DNA of 44,352 nt from Nemertoderma westbladi (Eukaryota > Animalia > Xenacoelomorpha): the NCBI GenBank assembly GCA_032718475.1, contig JAUCBJ010002913.1, positions 1 through 44,352 of the forward strand, written 5' to 3'. Shown here piece after piece: positions 22,202 through 34,630 of this stretch (positions are counted from its first letter, which is position 1; every line of letters starts with the position of its first letter). A model generated the notes under the pieces. It made no database searches and was not told the origin of the DNA. It saw only the letters and a program-made list of their open reading frames with translations. The translations under genes were made by a program, and so were the position numbers.

Positions 22202-25012
22202 TTGCCCGCTACTACATTGGCGACTCCCGCTTCGGCGGTCGAGTGGGTAGCTGAGGGACGACGGGAGATGGGTCTCCTGCTCGGGCAGCTGAGGGAACAT
22301 TGTAAATGTTCCTCCCAGCAGGTCCGGGAGTTGGAAGGGACTGTTCAGCAGTTAAAGGGAGCAGTAAGAGAGGGTAGGTTAGCGTTGCAAGAAGTGCAGC
22401 AAAGTATTGCGTTAGAACGCGATAAGTTAGTAAATTTACAAAAGGGTATACCACCACCCTCTGTAACAATGTGTCAACCTGTTAGGTCTGAAGTATTTCA
22501 TGCGCAAGGTGTGGAGCCTACACGCATCTATACTGTTAGTGTTAGTGAAGTAGAAACTCCTATAGTAAACCCTATTCAGGGTGATTATAAACCTGTTGAT
22601 AATAATATTCCATATAGACCTGATCATAATCCGAGAAACTTATATACCGATAATTCTATATTCAATAATACGATGGCTCAAGAAAGTTTTACGCACCAAA
22701 TGGCTAGAACCGAAGCCCGGCAAGCGGTAAAGGTGGGAGAGATCGTCAAGTTCAATGGAGATGAGATGAAATGGTTACCTTTTAATGAATATTACAAAGA
22801 TAACATACAGAACTCTGTGCTATCTAATGGAGAGAAACTTAGATTCCTCATCGAGTGCTTGGAAGGATCTCCCAAGTTAATGGCGTTAAAGTTTATTCGA
22901 CATCCAGACGGATTAAGACAAGTTTGGGATACACTAAACATCAGGTATGGTAATAGGACTAACATAGCTAGGTATTTATATGCGAAATTAATGGCGCCCC
23001 GAAAGTTTCTTAGCAGCGGGATTATAGAGTTTTCCGACGAGATTCAGGAGATCTGTAGACAACTAGATTGGTTAGGTAAGTCTCATGAATACCAGAATTC
23101 TATGGTTGTAGGAGCCTTAGTATCTACTTTGCCCAAGGGTGGAGTAGGTACACGCTGGGACAAGAAAGTGTTATATATGATGGAACAACAACGACGAGAC
23201 CCTACCATGGCTGATCTCATGTCATTCTTAGATAGAGAGGTGAAATTACAGCTCCTAAGGCAGTCCAGAGAGAAGACACTGGAAAACAAGGTAAGTGAGA
23301 AACCCGTTTCTAGGAGAAGGGTAATACCAGTGTGTTATACAGACGACAGCGAAAGCCAGACTTCTCAAGGAGAGGATAGCGGGAAAGACACTGAAATAGC
23401 TTATTATGTCAATAAAACGCCTAAAGAACAGGTAAGTAAATTCAAGTCTCGAACCAATGACAGGAGAGAACAGGTAAGAAAAACTCCTCCTACGTCTCCC
23501 AAGAGAATTCAGGTGAGAAAGCCCGAGGAAAGAACGAGCGTGCACCACACAGCACATGTTAAAGTAAGTAACATCAAGCCCAAATGTGTGTTGTGCGACG
23601 GGCCCCACCGTTTGAATATGTGTGATGAATTCCTGAAGAAATCATTAGCGGAGAGACGGGAAGTCATGTGGGATAAGCGGTTGTGTTATAATTGTCTCAG
23701 ACGAGGACACCAACGGCGAACCTGTTACTCCGACACAAGGTGTGCAAAGTGCGGTGCGAAACATCATATCTTGTTGCACACTGAATTCGAGCGAAATAGT
23801 CCGAGTCAGGTAAGTGATTCCGAACTACATGTCCAATTCAGTGATGTGAACGACACTGATCAATCTGAGATGGAAGGATTCTATACGGACGAGTTCTCCG
23901 ACGAAAACGAATCCTGTTACTTAATAAATACCGCAGTGTATCGAGCACTCACGTATGAAAAAGATACAGACAGCGACCTCACTCTAACTACTTCTGATCG
24001 ACAACCATCTTGGAAAGCGCCATCTTCCAATGTAGGAATCCGGGAATTTCCTGTAGTACAGGTAAGGGTCCACGGACCTAAAAGGAGTTATGTAGTGAAC
24101 GCCCTCCTTGACTCCGGTAGTACAGGAACATTCATCGACAAAGAACTAGCCGAAGACATCTTTGCTGGACAACCCAAGTTCCGAACTAAGCTAAACATGT
24201 CAGGAATTATGCAGGTTTGGAAATCTACAGTAATCGCGGATTATTATGTAGGTGCGTTGTCCACCCCCCAGGATGAACTAGGAGAACACAGCATAAGGTC
24301 AGTAAAAATGGTAGCGATAAAGAACTTCGCTACCACCCAAGTGGAACCTTATAACTGGGATGAGGACGATTTCACCCAGCAGTTTGAAATACCTAGATTC
24401 AACACCGATTACCCTGGAGTCCAAATACTCATCGGTCAAAATGCGCATGAAGCGCTTGAGACATTGGAGAAACGGCCTGCTCAACCGCAACCTCTACAAG
24501 TCTATGCGGGAAGAACTAGAGTAGGTTGGTACTTTACTGGCCCTTCTCGTAGAACTCTTATAGAAAGATTACCAAAAGAACAGGTATATCAATTAAGTGA
24601 ACGGGAAGTGGAGAGCAGTGAAGTTGACGACCCAACTGAGGGAACACCATACTCCTCAGATAATGACGACATCAACTCCAATGTAGATCAATGGAGACAT
24701 TGCCCCGAGACGATCAATCTAGCCGACATCGCCTCCAGAGGAGCAACTCCTCAAGAACTGATAGATACTCCAGCGTGGTTAGGTGAACCCGACTTCCTAA
24801 GTAAAGAAGATGAATGGCCTCCTCATCTTACCACGGCGGAGATTAGACAGGCCAAGGGAGCGGAGAAAGTAACACAACAACTCAATCGCCCAGCTGGTCG
24901 TTTATGTTTACTGGAAAGAGACCGAAAACTGTCCGGAAACTATGAAAGGCAAGATACTCTTCCCACGACCACCTCCCTAATCCAACAAATATCTAGGGAC
25001 TCCATAACGTAA
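22202..25012 (+). CDS. Inner element ORF: N-truncated Gag, protease, then in-frame fused remnants of RNase H and the integrase C-terminus
   Basis: 936 open codons (first in-frame ATG at 22268). Capsid segment, three zinc knuckles and ALLDSGS, then jumps to VDQWRHCPETINLADIASRG and to QQLNRPAGRLCLLE. RT and integrase core are absent. Confidence 0.85.
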   Translation: MPATTLATPASAVEWVAEGRREMGLLLGQLREHCKCSSQQVRELEGTVQQLKGAVREGRLALQEVQQSIALERDKLVNLQKGIPPPSVTMCQPVRSEVFHAQGVEPTRIYTVSVSEVETPIVNPIQGDYKPVDNNIPYRPDHNPRNLYTDNSIFNNTMAQESFTHQMARTEARQAVKVGEIVKFNGDEMKWLPFNEYYKDNIQNSVLSNGEKLRFLIECLEGSPKLMALKFIRHPDGLRQVWDTLNIRYGNRTNIARYLYAKLMAPRKFLSSGIIEFSDEIQEICRQLDWLGKSHEYQNSMVVGALVSTLPKGGVGTRWDKKVLYMMEQQRRDPTMADLMSFLDREVKLQLLRQSREKTLENKVSEKPVSRRRVIPVCYTDDSESQTSQGEDSGKDTEIAYYVNKTPKEQVSKFKSRTNDRREQVRKTPPTSPKRIQVRKPEERTSVHHTAHVKVSNIKPKCVLCDGPHRLNMCDEFLKKSLAERREVMWDKRLCYNCLRRGHQRRTCYSDTRCAKCGAKHHILLHTEFERNSPSQVSDSELHVQFSDVNDTDQSEMEGFYTDEFSDENESCYLINTAVYRALTYEKDTDSDLTLTTSDRQPSWKAPSSNVGIREFPVVQVRVHGPKRSYVVNALLDSGSTGTFIDKELAEDIFAGQPKFRTKLNMSGIMQVWKSTVIADYYVGALSTPQDELGEHSIRSVKMVAIKNFATTQVEPYNWDEDDFTQQFEIPRFNTDYPGVQILIGQNAHEALETLEKRPAQPQPLQVYAGRTRVGWYFTGPSRRTLIERLPKEQVYQLSEREVESSEVDDPTEGTPYSSDNDDINSNVDQWRHCPETINLADIASRGATPQELIDTPAWLGEPDFLSKEDEWPPHLTTAEIRQAKGAEKVTQQLNRPAGRLCLLERDRKLSGNYERQDTLPTTTSLIQQISRDSIT

Positions 25013-26652
25013 CAACATACGGAGTGGGTGTGTGACTACATTATTTTATATTTATTTTTATTATTTTATATTATGTATGTATTATTATGTAATTTTATTA
25101 TAATCGTTTTATTTAATTTTGTAGCATGTTATTTTAGCGATTATTTAGTAGATTAGTGCAATATATTCGCATTTATTACGTAATTACTTATATTATATAT
25201 TTAGTGCGATGGCGAGAAATAATTATTTTTCTCTTTCCTTACTGTCCGTATCATATTATAAATACGTGACTACAGTAAGATGAAATATCCGTACTTATTA
25301 AAGTACAATAAAGCCACTACTATATTTAAGTATTATTGGTAAGCAGAGTATTAGGAATGCAAAGTTCAGATCCTTGTGTCTCGGCTAAACCAAGCTCTAG
25401 GTAGACCTTGGAAACGACTTGCCTCTTCACACTGACATTGCTTCGTGCGATATTGCTCTCATACCGTATATTAAATAATACATATAGTAGCGTGATGTCC
25501 CTTTAACAGTAGCGTAAAACGCAAAATAAATCTGTTAAACCCTTTGACCATCTGCAATTCTAGTCGATTAAGATATCGCGGCACCCACCGATATACTTGA
25601 AAGACAAAATTCTAGAATTAGTGGTTAACGTCCCCAGACAATTTCTGGAATAAACTGGTGCCCATCCTAAATATTAATTATTAATATTTACAAAATCTGT
25701 CAAATTTTAGATCCTTTAACATTCTAGTCGATTAAGATATCGTAGCACTTACCGATACTCTTAAAAAGACAAAATTCCTAGAATCAAGGATCCCAGTCCC
25801 CAGACACGTTCTGGAATAAAATTACGTCTATTTAACACTAAATAATAAAATTTACAGGAATAAATTTAAATTCATATATTTCAATGAATTTAATAAATTG
25901 TCATTTTGTACAATTTATAACATTCCCAAAATTCCATTAATTAATAGATCATGGGAGCGGAGATTCACTCTATTAAGTGTATTTGTGTGCGAGAATCTCC
26001 AATATATAGTCAATAGCCGATAAAATTCATAAAATCATATATAGAGAGGATATTGACAATTAAAGAATTACTATTAAATAGCATCCCAGATCTGTATGCA
26101 TGGGAATTACCCTAATTCTACCGCTAGCTTTCCATAATGTCACCATAGCAACAACCACGCTAGAATTAGAAGCGAGTTAACAGAACAATAAAAAGCTTGC
26201 TCATTGAATAGCATACGGAATAAATAGCACACCGCTAGTATCCAAGGATACATAATAACAACGTGACATTCTGGAAGGCACTTGACTAACGGACAAATGA
26301 CCCGAATGTGTGATAGAATGTGTACCATTTGTGACAGTTACGTGGAATTTGTGCGTTTGTAGGTGAATGTTACTACTAAGGTGTGTTTACAGTAGCGAGT
26401 CGCAATTGTGAAAGTAACCCTAACTCTCCAGTAAGAACCTGAAGTATATCTAAGCCTTTGGGACGGACGGTGGAGTGGCTCGTGCTGGTTGTTATAGTCG
26501 TTGTGCAGCTACGACGTTGGCGATAGGCACATCGGCGAAAGTACACCAGCGCTGAGGATCTCGCACTGTCCGGGGGCAGAGAGGGGTAGGCAGCGACGCC
26601 CGCTCGCCTAAATATAAACTCATTATAATATGGATAAACTTATATAGCAGAT

Positions 26653-28178
26653 ATGATTGAGTTGATAGAAGATGATCTTGGTATCAGCGAGCGATATACT
26701 CTACCTTTACAAGCGTTTGTTGATAGCTTGATGCGCGGCGACGTTGGTCCAACTACTACGGAGGACGATGGTCGTTATATCTAACCGCCAATGTCCCGGA
26801 AGCAACTTGCGCGTGGGTTGGACTGTAGAAAATTCACCGCTCGCTATACGCATCGTAATGGTATGTATATGGACTTCTTAACTACCGGCCATCCTATCGA
26901 TTTACACGATACGGACGATGTAGATACCGAAAGGGAAATGGTTTTATTTAAATATCATACCCAGCGGAAGCGGAATGATAAACTGAGACTCGAACACGAC
27001 AATTCTATTCGAAACCGACTCGAAAGTGAAGATGTTGAAGAGCCGGATAAACGCAGCGACTTCACCAAAATATCTGGAATTCTTGAGAGAAGCCTATCTT
27101 GATATTACCAGTCAACAGAATCTAGAAACTCGATATCCTCAAGGTATACATCATGACCGCATGGTAGAACTCAAACAGCTCTATTCCACTATGATGTATC
27201 TTACCGTCGATCGACCGCTACCTGTTGTACCGGATAGCTTCGAACGGATGGAGGAATATTATAAGCTGGAGAAAGATCACTCGCGTTTCCCCTATAAGAC
27301 GTGCGTCTTTGGTATTATTGAGATGAATGCCCTAGACCCAACCAACAAACGGAAAGATATAAACATCCGCGGAGACGTTGCGCTAAACACGGTTTTACTC
27401 GCTATACTTACGGGAGTTTCGAGCGAAACTTGTTCGATGTATCACCTACGCTCGCTCGGCTCAAACGATCCTTAAATAAACCTATGATCAGAGTTCCGGA
27501 ATACTCGATCAGACCTCCTCATTCCCTAGTGAGACCTCAAGCTCTTGATCTTAATAGTATGACGGATCCTCCTGAACTGTATTCATTGTTTAAAGATCTA
27601 GTGTTACCCGAGCAATTAGTCGGTGGCACTCCGGTTGTGGGCTCCCTAAATATCCGCCCATCTTACCTGGCCGGATTGGGGCACGGACACCTGATATCGC
27701 CATTCAACCGTATAATCGTAATCGTTCCCGTTTAACACGATACAACCGTCATCAAGGTGGAGGAGAGCGTTGTACGAAACGAGTTAAACGCTATTCTACA
27801 AAGATCAGAAAAGAAACCTACGTTTGTTCAGATAAACTTAAATTATAACGGCAAGTCCAAGCGGTAAACGGATTGGCTTTATCCCAGTTCGATTGGGAAA
27901 TCCCGAATCTCTAAGACGATATTGAGCTTGGATGACCCTATTCTCGGCGAGAGTTTGGACGAACGTATCCAACGATGAGCGGAGGAAAATCAGCTCGAGG
28001 AGAAGCATATCGAAATGGCGGATACCCCGACCATAATCCTACACCTTATGATGCAATCACATTGCACCCTTCACCCAGGAGTTATGGCCCTCCTAGTAAA
28101 GTGGCTCCCCCCAAAGAGAAAAGGACTCTTGCTAGCTTTAAAAAACTGCGTAAACGCCGTCCACGCAAGACAGACTAA
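26653..28178 (+). pseudogene. Inner element accessory coding region of unknown function (degenerate)
   Basis: Homologous to 34631-36181; pieces 26653-27475, 27484-27735 and 27975-28178. Confidence 0.7.
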
Positions 28179-28248
28179 CTGTTTAGAGTATTTTTATATT
28201 TTAGAAACTGTGATTTTTTATATTTTATAGAATTAAATCCCATTTTCT

Positions 28249-28256
28249 GGGAGCGG
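28249..28256 (+). other. Short polypurine tract of inner element
   Basis: ttttctGGGAGCGG immediately before the 3' LTR TG; identical in the outer element. Confidence 0.65.
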
Positions 28257-29455
28257 TGTAAAAGCTTTTGCGGGATATAACTGGCCCTTTTGCTTCGCAA
28301 TCCAGTTTCCCTTAATGCGCTCAAATACTCTAAAGAAAAACTCCCTAACTCAAAGGATGAAAGCTACCGGCTGATTGGCTGATTTGCCTAGCGACGGCCT
28401 CTTTGTTGGGTTCGATCAACCAACCAGAGCAAGGTCAACCAAGCAGAGCGATTCAGCCTTATGTTGGCTAAATCAATGTAATTGGCTGCAAAGGCTAGGG
28501 TGGTTTGGCATTTTAGACGATTTGGAACCTGTGGAATATGGAACTCTGCCAATGAGAGCTTTTCCTTTCTGTGTTGAAATCTACCTGCAGCAGCTCACAG
28601 GGTTCAGTGTGTTGGTTTTCCTGATGCCATGAACATCGGCCATGGAATTATTCTGAATTATTCCAACATTAGAACGTCTTTAATTATAAGATCACATAAC
28701 TGTTACCGGTACATGACCAGCACTGGACAGCGTGAGGACTGGTACGGTACCTGCTGCTGTATTGCACATTATTTACTGCTATTTGCTGTTTGTTATTAAA
28801 TGTATCATTCGTTTGCATATTGTTATTTGGAGAATAACTATAAACGATCAGAAACCCCGATCTTCTTGATACACTAAGGTTAGAGAGACCGGCTACATAT
28901 AGCAATTGCGGCTTATATTATCGTGGTTTGTAGTGTGTAGTGAATTGAATGCTATTTTATAGGCCCTACAAATGCCGGTTGCTATTCTCTTTATATATGA
29001 TTAAAATCAGTGACTATCGGCAATTCAGTGTGCAGCGGTGTGCAATAGTCTGTATGTGCTTGTCCGCGTAACAAAGCATCTCCTAAAGAATGCGCCTTAT
29101 GTGTAACTTATAATCCATTCGTTGTGTTTAGTGTAAGCCATAGCCTGTTTATATAGATAGAGCGCCACGTCCTAAAGGAACTGCTAATATTTCCCGAAAG
29201 TGAATAATATTTGTCAGAGATTATATATTAACGATCAATCGAATAGTACGGTAGGCCTGCACCGCAATCGAATTAAAGCATCCGAATCCAGTCTCCCGGG
29301 TATATCCAGCGGGTGAATGGTCGCGCATAGACTGGCTTCGGCTAATGTTGGATTTATTTGTGTCAAATACTTGTCATAGGCTAAAGTCGATTTATAACCT
29401 AGAAGACATATAGATTTGGCGGGTTAAACTGCCAAAGGTCTTAAAAGCGCGAACA
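28257..29455 (+). repeat. 3' LTR of inner element
   Basis: 1199 bp; about 5 substitutions and one 1-bp indel versus 19280-20479 (counted by eye). Confidence 0.95.
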
Positions 29456-29460
29456 ACAAC

Positions 29461-32400
29461 CGACCCTTGGCGGAGAAAAGAATTGCGCAACTACATCGAC
29501 GCCTTACGGCAAATGCTTCAGCTAAGGAAATGTACAAGACTCAGTTGAAGAAATTTATTGACAAGGGATATGCGGAGCGAGTATCGGAAGAAACACCCAT
29601 AACTGAGAGAACATACTATCTAACATATCATTACGTTCCCAAACCCGGTAAACCCAATGAAGTCTGGGTAGTATTTGACGGCTCCGCCCTCTACATGGGC
29701 CAATCCCTTAATTCCGAGTTGTTGCCAGGACCCAACTTACTCCAATCCTTGTTGGGAATACTCTTAAGATTATGACAATATTCAATCGCTTTCACCTCCG
29801 ATATAGAAGGCATGTTCTTACAAGTTAAGGCGCTGGATAGAGATCGAGACAGCCTACGATTTCTGTGGTGGCCTGAAGGAGACCTCAACCAGAAAACGGT
29901 GGAGTACTGGATGACCATCCAGCTTTTGGGATCATCTCGAGCCCTTCAAACGCCTGCTCAGTAGTGCGCACCACTGCTGATGACAACCGGGACGCCTTCT
30001 TCAAAGAGGTTATTGATAACATCAAACGGGATATATACATGGACAACAATTTAAAGTCCCTCCCATCGGTGGAAGAAGCCATTGATGTCGCCAAAGGAAT
30101 GGTAGATTGCTTGAAAAGAGGTGGATTTCGATTAACTAAATTCACCAGTAACTCCCATGAATTTCTGGAATCGATCCCGGTAGAAGACCGAGGAGTTAAA
30201 GATCTAGACCTTATCAAGGACGATCTTCCAGAAACCAAGACGCTTGGTTTGAAATGGGACACAGAGAGAGATATCCTGTTTTTCCAGCTAAAACAGTGAG
30301 ATAATCCAGTTCGGACTAAATGGATTTGTCTAAGTATCCTGAGCACTTATTTCGATCCATTGGGATTTATTAGCCCAGTTATATTGATTGCTCGGAGTTT
30401 AGTACAACAAATGTGGCTTGAAAACCACTCATGGGACGATCCACTTAAGGGAGTACTATTAAAGAAGTGGATGAAATGGGAAGATTCTCTACCATCCATC
30501 GAGAATTTTACGATTTCCCGTTCTTATTTTGGTCATGTTCTCCCCACGTATTCCTGTCAACTCCATGTGTTTGGAGATGCCAGCGATATGGGAATAGGTA
30601 TAGTAGCCTACCTGAGAGTTGAAACTCCGGATGGAATCAAAGTCGCCTTGGTTACCTCTAAGGCATTGATAAACAACAAGTTGAAAGTTCCTCGAGCAGA
30701 GTTAAAAGCGGCTCTATACGCTACAGCCATCGGCCGGAATGTAACAGAACAGATAGACTATCCACTGGAGAAAACTGTCTATTGGACCGATGCTTTACTC
30801 GTGTTGGAGTATATAACCAATGAAGTTTGTCAGTTCAGCGTCTTCGTTACCAACAGAGTAGCCATTATACTTAGTCGCACGAAGATAGATCAATGGAGAC
30901 ATTGCCCCGGGACGATTAATCAAGCCGACATCGCCTCCAGAGGAGCCACTCCACAGGAACTGATAGATACTCCAGACTGGTTAGGTGGACCCGACTTTCT
31001 AAGCAAGGAAGAGGATGAATGGCCTCCTCATCTTACCACGGCTGAGATTAGACAAGTCAAGGGAGCGGAGAAAGTCAAACCTAAAACCCGGGCGAGTAAA
31101 TCGAAGTTATTTAAACCCGCGATAGATCTGTCTGTACTACACGTTTCCGGAGACGATGCTTTGGATCCACAATCCCCCGCCACAAATAAGTCTGTTGTGG
31201 AAATCAGAGAGAGAGATTGGAAATCTGGAACGCCAGACGTCTCGCAGGGACTCTCACCATTCTGCAGAGAGCGATACATCACTATAGTTCCTGGAATCGG
31301 CTCTGTAAGGCCGTTACATATTTAAAGCGATGTTTTCATCATCACTACTCCAGGACGAAGACCACTAGTGATACTGCTCCACTGACATCTGCGCAGGTCC
31401 ATGTTGTTAAAGATCTTCCCAAATACAAGATATCCGACAGGTTTCTGAAGGAGAAGATCAGTTACCAGGAGCATGAAGAAACCAATAAGCAGATACTGAG
31501 ACTCCTGCAATGCTATTAGGATTCCGATAAGTATTTCCTGTTGTTGAGAAATCCACAGATGCGCTTAAGGGATCGTTTCTCTAGCACAATGATAGATGGG
31601 TTAATACGTGTTGGAGGAAGACTAACTAATGCTGCATTATCCTTTGACACTAAGTTTCCCATACTCATTAGAAATCTTGAAATACAAATCAAGATGATTG
31701 TAGATGTTCACAGTAAACTTTATCATGCTGGTAGAGAACGAGTTCTTAGCGAAATTCGAACTCGCTATTATTTTCATAAACCCCGTAGAGCTCTGAACCA
31801 AGTTCTTAGGAACTGCATACCCTGTAGGAAAGCATTCAGTAGGCCTTTAACACAGCGAGAGGCAGAATTACCTAGGGAACGAGTAAGCTTCTATGAACCA
31901 CCCTTTACTAATACCGGTGTGGATCTATTTGGCCCTATTGAAGTATATCGTGCTAGGACTATAGTCAAGAGATGGTGTGTCATCTTTGTCTGTATGACTT
32001 GTAGAGCTATCCATCTCGATATGGTGAACGATTTATCTACCAACAGCTTCGCCGTTGAGCTTACGCCGACAGATCGCTCGCTTTGGAACTAGTAACACAA
32101 TGAGATCTGATAAGGGAACGAACTTCATTGGTGCCAACAATGAAATCAAGGCTTACGTCAAAGATTGGAACCAAAGACAGGTGGACGATCAGCTAAGGGT
32201 AACAGCGTCTAGCTGGACCTTCAACGCCGCCGACGCCCCTGGGTGGGGAGGAAGTTGGGAGAGATTAATCAGGAGCGTGAAGACAGCATTTCACTTTATA
32301 GTGCCGTGCCGCGCTTATCTCACCGACGAACTTTTGCGGACGTTAATGGAGGATATCGCCGCCTATCTCAACGAGAGACTGCTTATGCCAGTCTCATCGA

Positions 32401-32922
32401 GTCCCAATTCCCTGGAAGCGCTAACACCCGCGCACTTCCTACTGAAGAAACCTGAGCCATGCTCCCACGATCGGAAATCACGGACGGAGACGAATACTGC
32501 CGGCAAACTTGGCAACTTATGCAGTTGTTATCCCGTCGTTTCGCTGACCATTTCGAAAAACATTATCTGCCTACGCTACAACTTCGAACTAAGTGGTTTG
32601 CGCAACAAGGGAAAACGTCAGCGCCGGAGACATGGTCCTTATTGTGGATTCAGATCTTCCACGTAAGCGGTGGCAAACAGGTCGTATCATCGAGACTCAT
32701 ATCTCGGATGACGGTTTAGTGCGATCGGTAGAACTTGTCGTCATGCGACGTAACTTTAAGAAACCGGGAATTGTCTTCGAGACGCAGCAGCTCAATCGCC
32801 CAGTTGGTCGTTTATGTTTACTGGAAAGAGACAGAGAACTCTCCGGAAACTATGGAAGGCAAGATACTCTTCCCACGACCACCTCCCTAATCCAACAAAC
32901 ATCTAGGGACTCCCCAACGTGA
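29461..32922 (+). pseudogene. pol: Outer element pol: RT, RNase H, integrase and C-terminal DUF5641-like region, with multiple stops and frameshifts
   Basis: RT: VVFDGSA, LLPGPNLL, SDIEGMFLQV, YMDN, TKTLGLKW. RNase H: LHVFGDAS, VPRAELKAA, YWTDA, FVTNRV. Integrase: HAG...CIPC, TGVDLFGP, SDKGTNF, WGGSWERLIRSVK, LTPAHFL; then DGLVRSV...RPVGRLCLLE. Confidence 0.93.
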
Positions 32923-34630
32923 CAGCGTCTGGAGTGGGTGTGTGACTATATTATTTCATATCTGTCTTTATCATTTTTATATTTCTGTATGTTTTATTAT
33001 GTAATTTTATTATAATCGTTTTCTTTAATTTTATTTAGTAAAATGTTATTTTAGCGATTATTTAGTAGATTAGTGCAATATATATTAGTGTTTATTACTT
33101 AATTACTTATATATTATATATTTAGTGCGACGGCGAGAAATAATTCTTTTTCTCTTTCCTTACTGTCCGTATCATATTATAAATACGTGACTACAGTAAG
33201 ATGAAATGTCCGTACTTATTAAAGCACAATAAAGCTCCTACTATATTCAAGTATTATTGGTAAGTAGAGTATTAGGAATGCAAAGTTCAGATCCTCGTGT
33301 CTCAGCTAAACCAAGCTCTGGGTAGACCTTGGAAATGACTTGCCTCTTCTCACTGACATTGTTTCTTGCAATATTGCTCTCATACCGTATATTAAATAAT
33401 ACATATAGTAGCGTGATGTCCTTTTAACAGTAGCGTAAAACGCAAAATAAATCTGCTAAACCCTTTGACCATCTGTAATTCTAGTCGATTAAGATATCGC
33501 GGCACCCACCGATATACTTGAAAGACAAAATTCTAGAATCAGTGGTTAACGTCCCCAGACAAGTTCTGGAATAAACCGGTGCCCATCTTAAATATTAACT
33601 ATTAATATTTATAAAATCTGTCAAACAAATACAATAGAGTAAATACTTACAAGTTATCTCTAGAAAACATGTTCTGTTCTGTTCTGTTAAAATTTAGATC
33701 ATTTAAAATTCTAGTCTACTAAGATATCATAGCACTTACCGATACTCTTAAAAGGACAAATTCCCTAGAATTCAGGATCTTAGTCCCCAGACATGCTCTG
33801 GAATAAAATTGTGTCTATTTAATATTAAATAATAAAATTTACGGGAATAAATTTAAATTCATATCTTTTAATGAATTTGATAAATTGTCATTTTTATACA
33901 ATTTATAACATTCCCAAAATTCCATTAATTAATAGATCATGGGAGCGGAGATTCACCCTATTAAGTGTATTAGTGTGCGAGAATCTCCAATATATAGTCA
34001 ATAGCCGATAAAATTCATAAAATCATATATAAAGAGGAATATTGACAATTAAAGAATTACTATTAAATAGCATCCCAGATCTGTATGCATGAGAATTACC
34101 CTAATTCTACTGCTAGCTTTCCATAATGTCACCATGGCAACAACCACGCTAGAATTAGAAGTGAGTTAAAAGAACAATAAAGGCTTGCCCCATTGAATAG
34201 CATAAGGAATAAAATAGCACACTGCTAGTATCCAAGGATAACCAATAATAACGTGGCATTCTGGAAGGCACTTGACTAACGGACAAATGGCCCGAATGTG
34301 TGCGGTTTGTGACAGTTGTGTGGAATTTGTGCGTTTATAGGTAATTGTTACTACTAAAGTGTGTTTACAGTAGCGAGTCGCAATTGTGAAAGTAGCCCTA
34401 ACTCTGCAGTAATAACCTGAAGTAAATCTTAGCCCTTGGGACGGACAGTGGAGTGACTCGCGCTGGTTGTTGTGGTCGTTGTGCAGCTACTATGTTGGCG
34501 ATAGGCACATCGGCGAAAGTACATCGGCGCTGAGGATCTTGCGCTGTCCGGGGGCCATGAGGGGTAGGCAGCGACGCCCGCTAGCCTAATTATAAACTCA
34601 TTATGATATTGATAAACTCATATAGCAGCT

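Larger units (their letters stand above)
19280..29455 (+). mobile_element. Nested BEL/Pao element (10.2 kb), internally deleted and non-autonomous, related to the outer element
   Basis: LTRs 19280-20479 and 28257-29455 are ~99% identical. TSD ACAAC at 19275-19279 and 29456-29460. Removing it restores the outer pol frame KFINN|RPLAEKRI. Confidence 0.95.

Noticed and set aside
30037-30048. RT motif YMDN as a novel active-site variant
   Set aside because: The copy is degenerate, so a simple GAC>AAC decay mutation is as likely, and YxDN is known in some BEL/Pao elements; undecidable from one copy.
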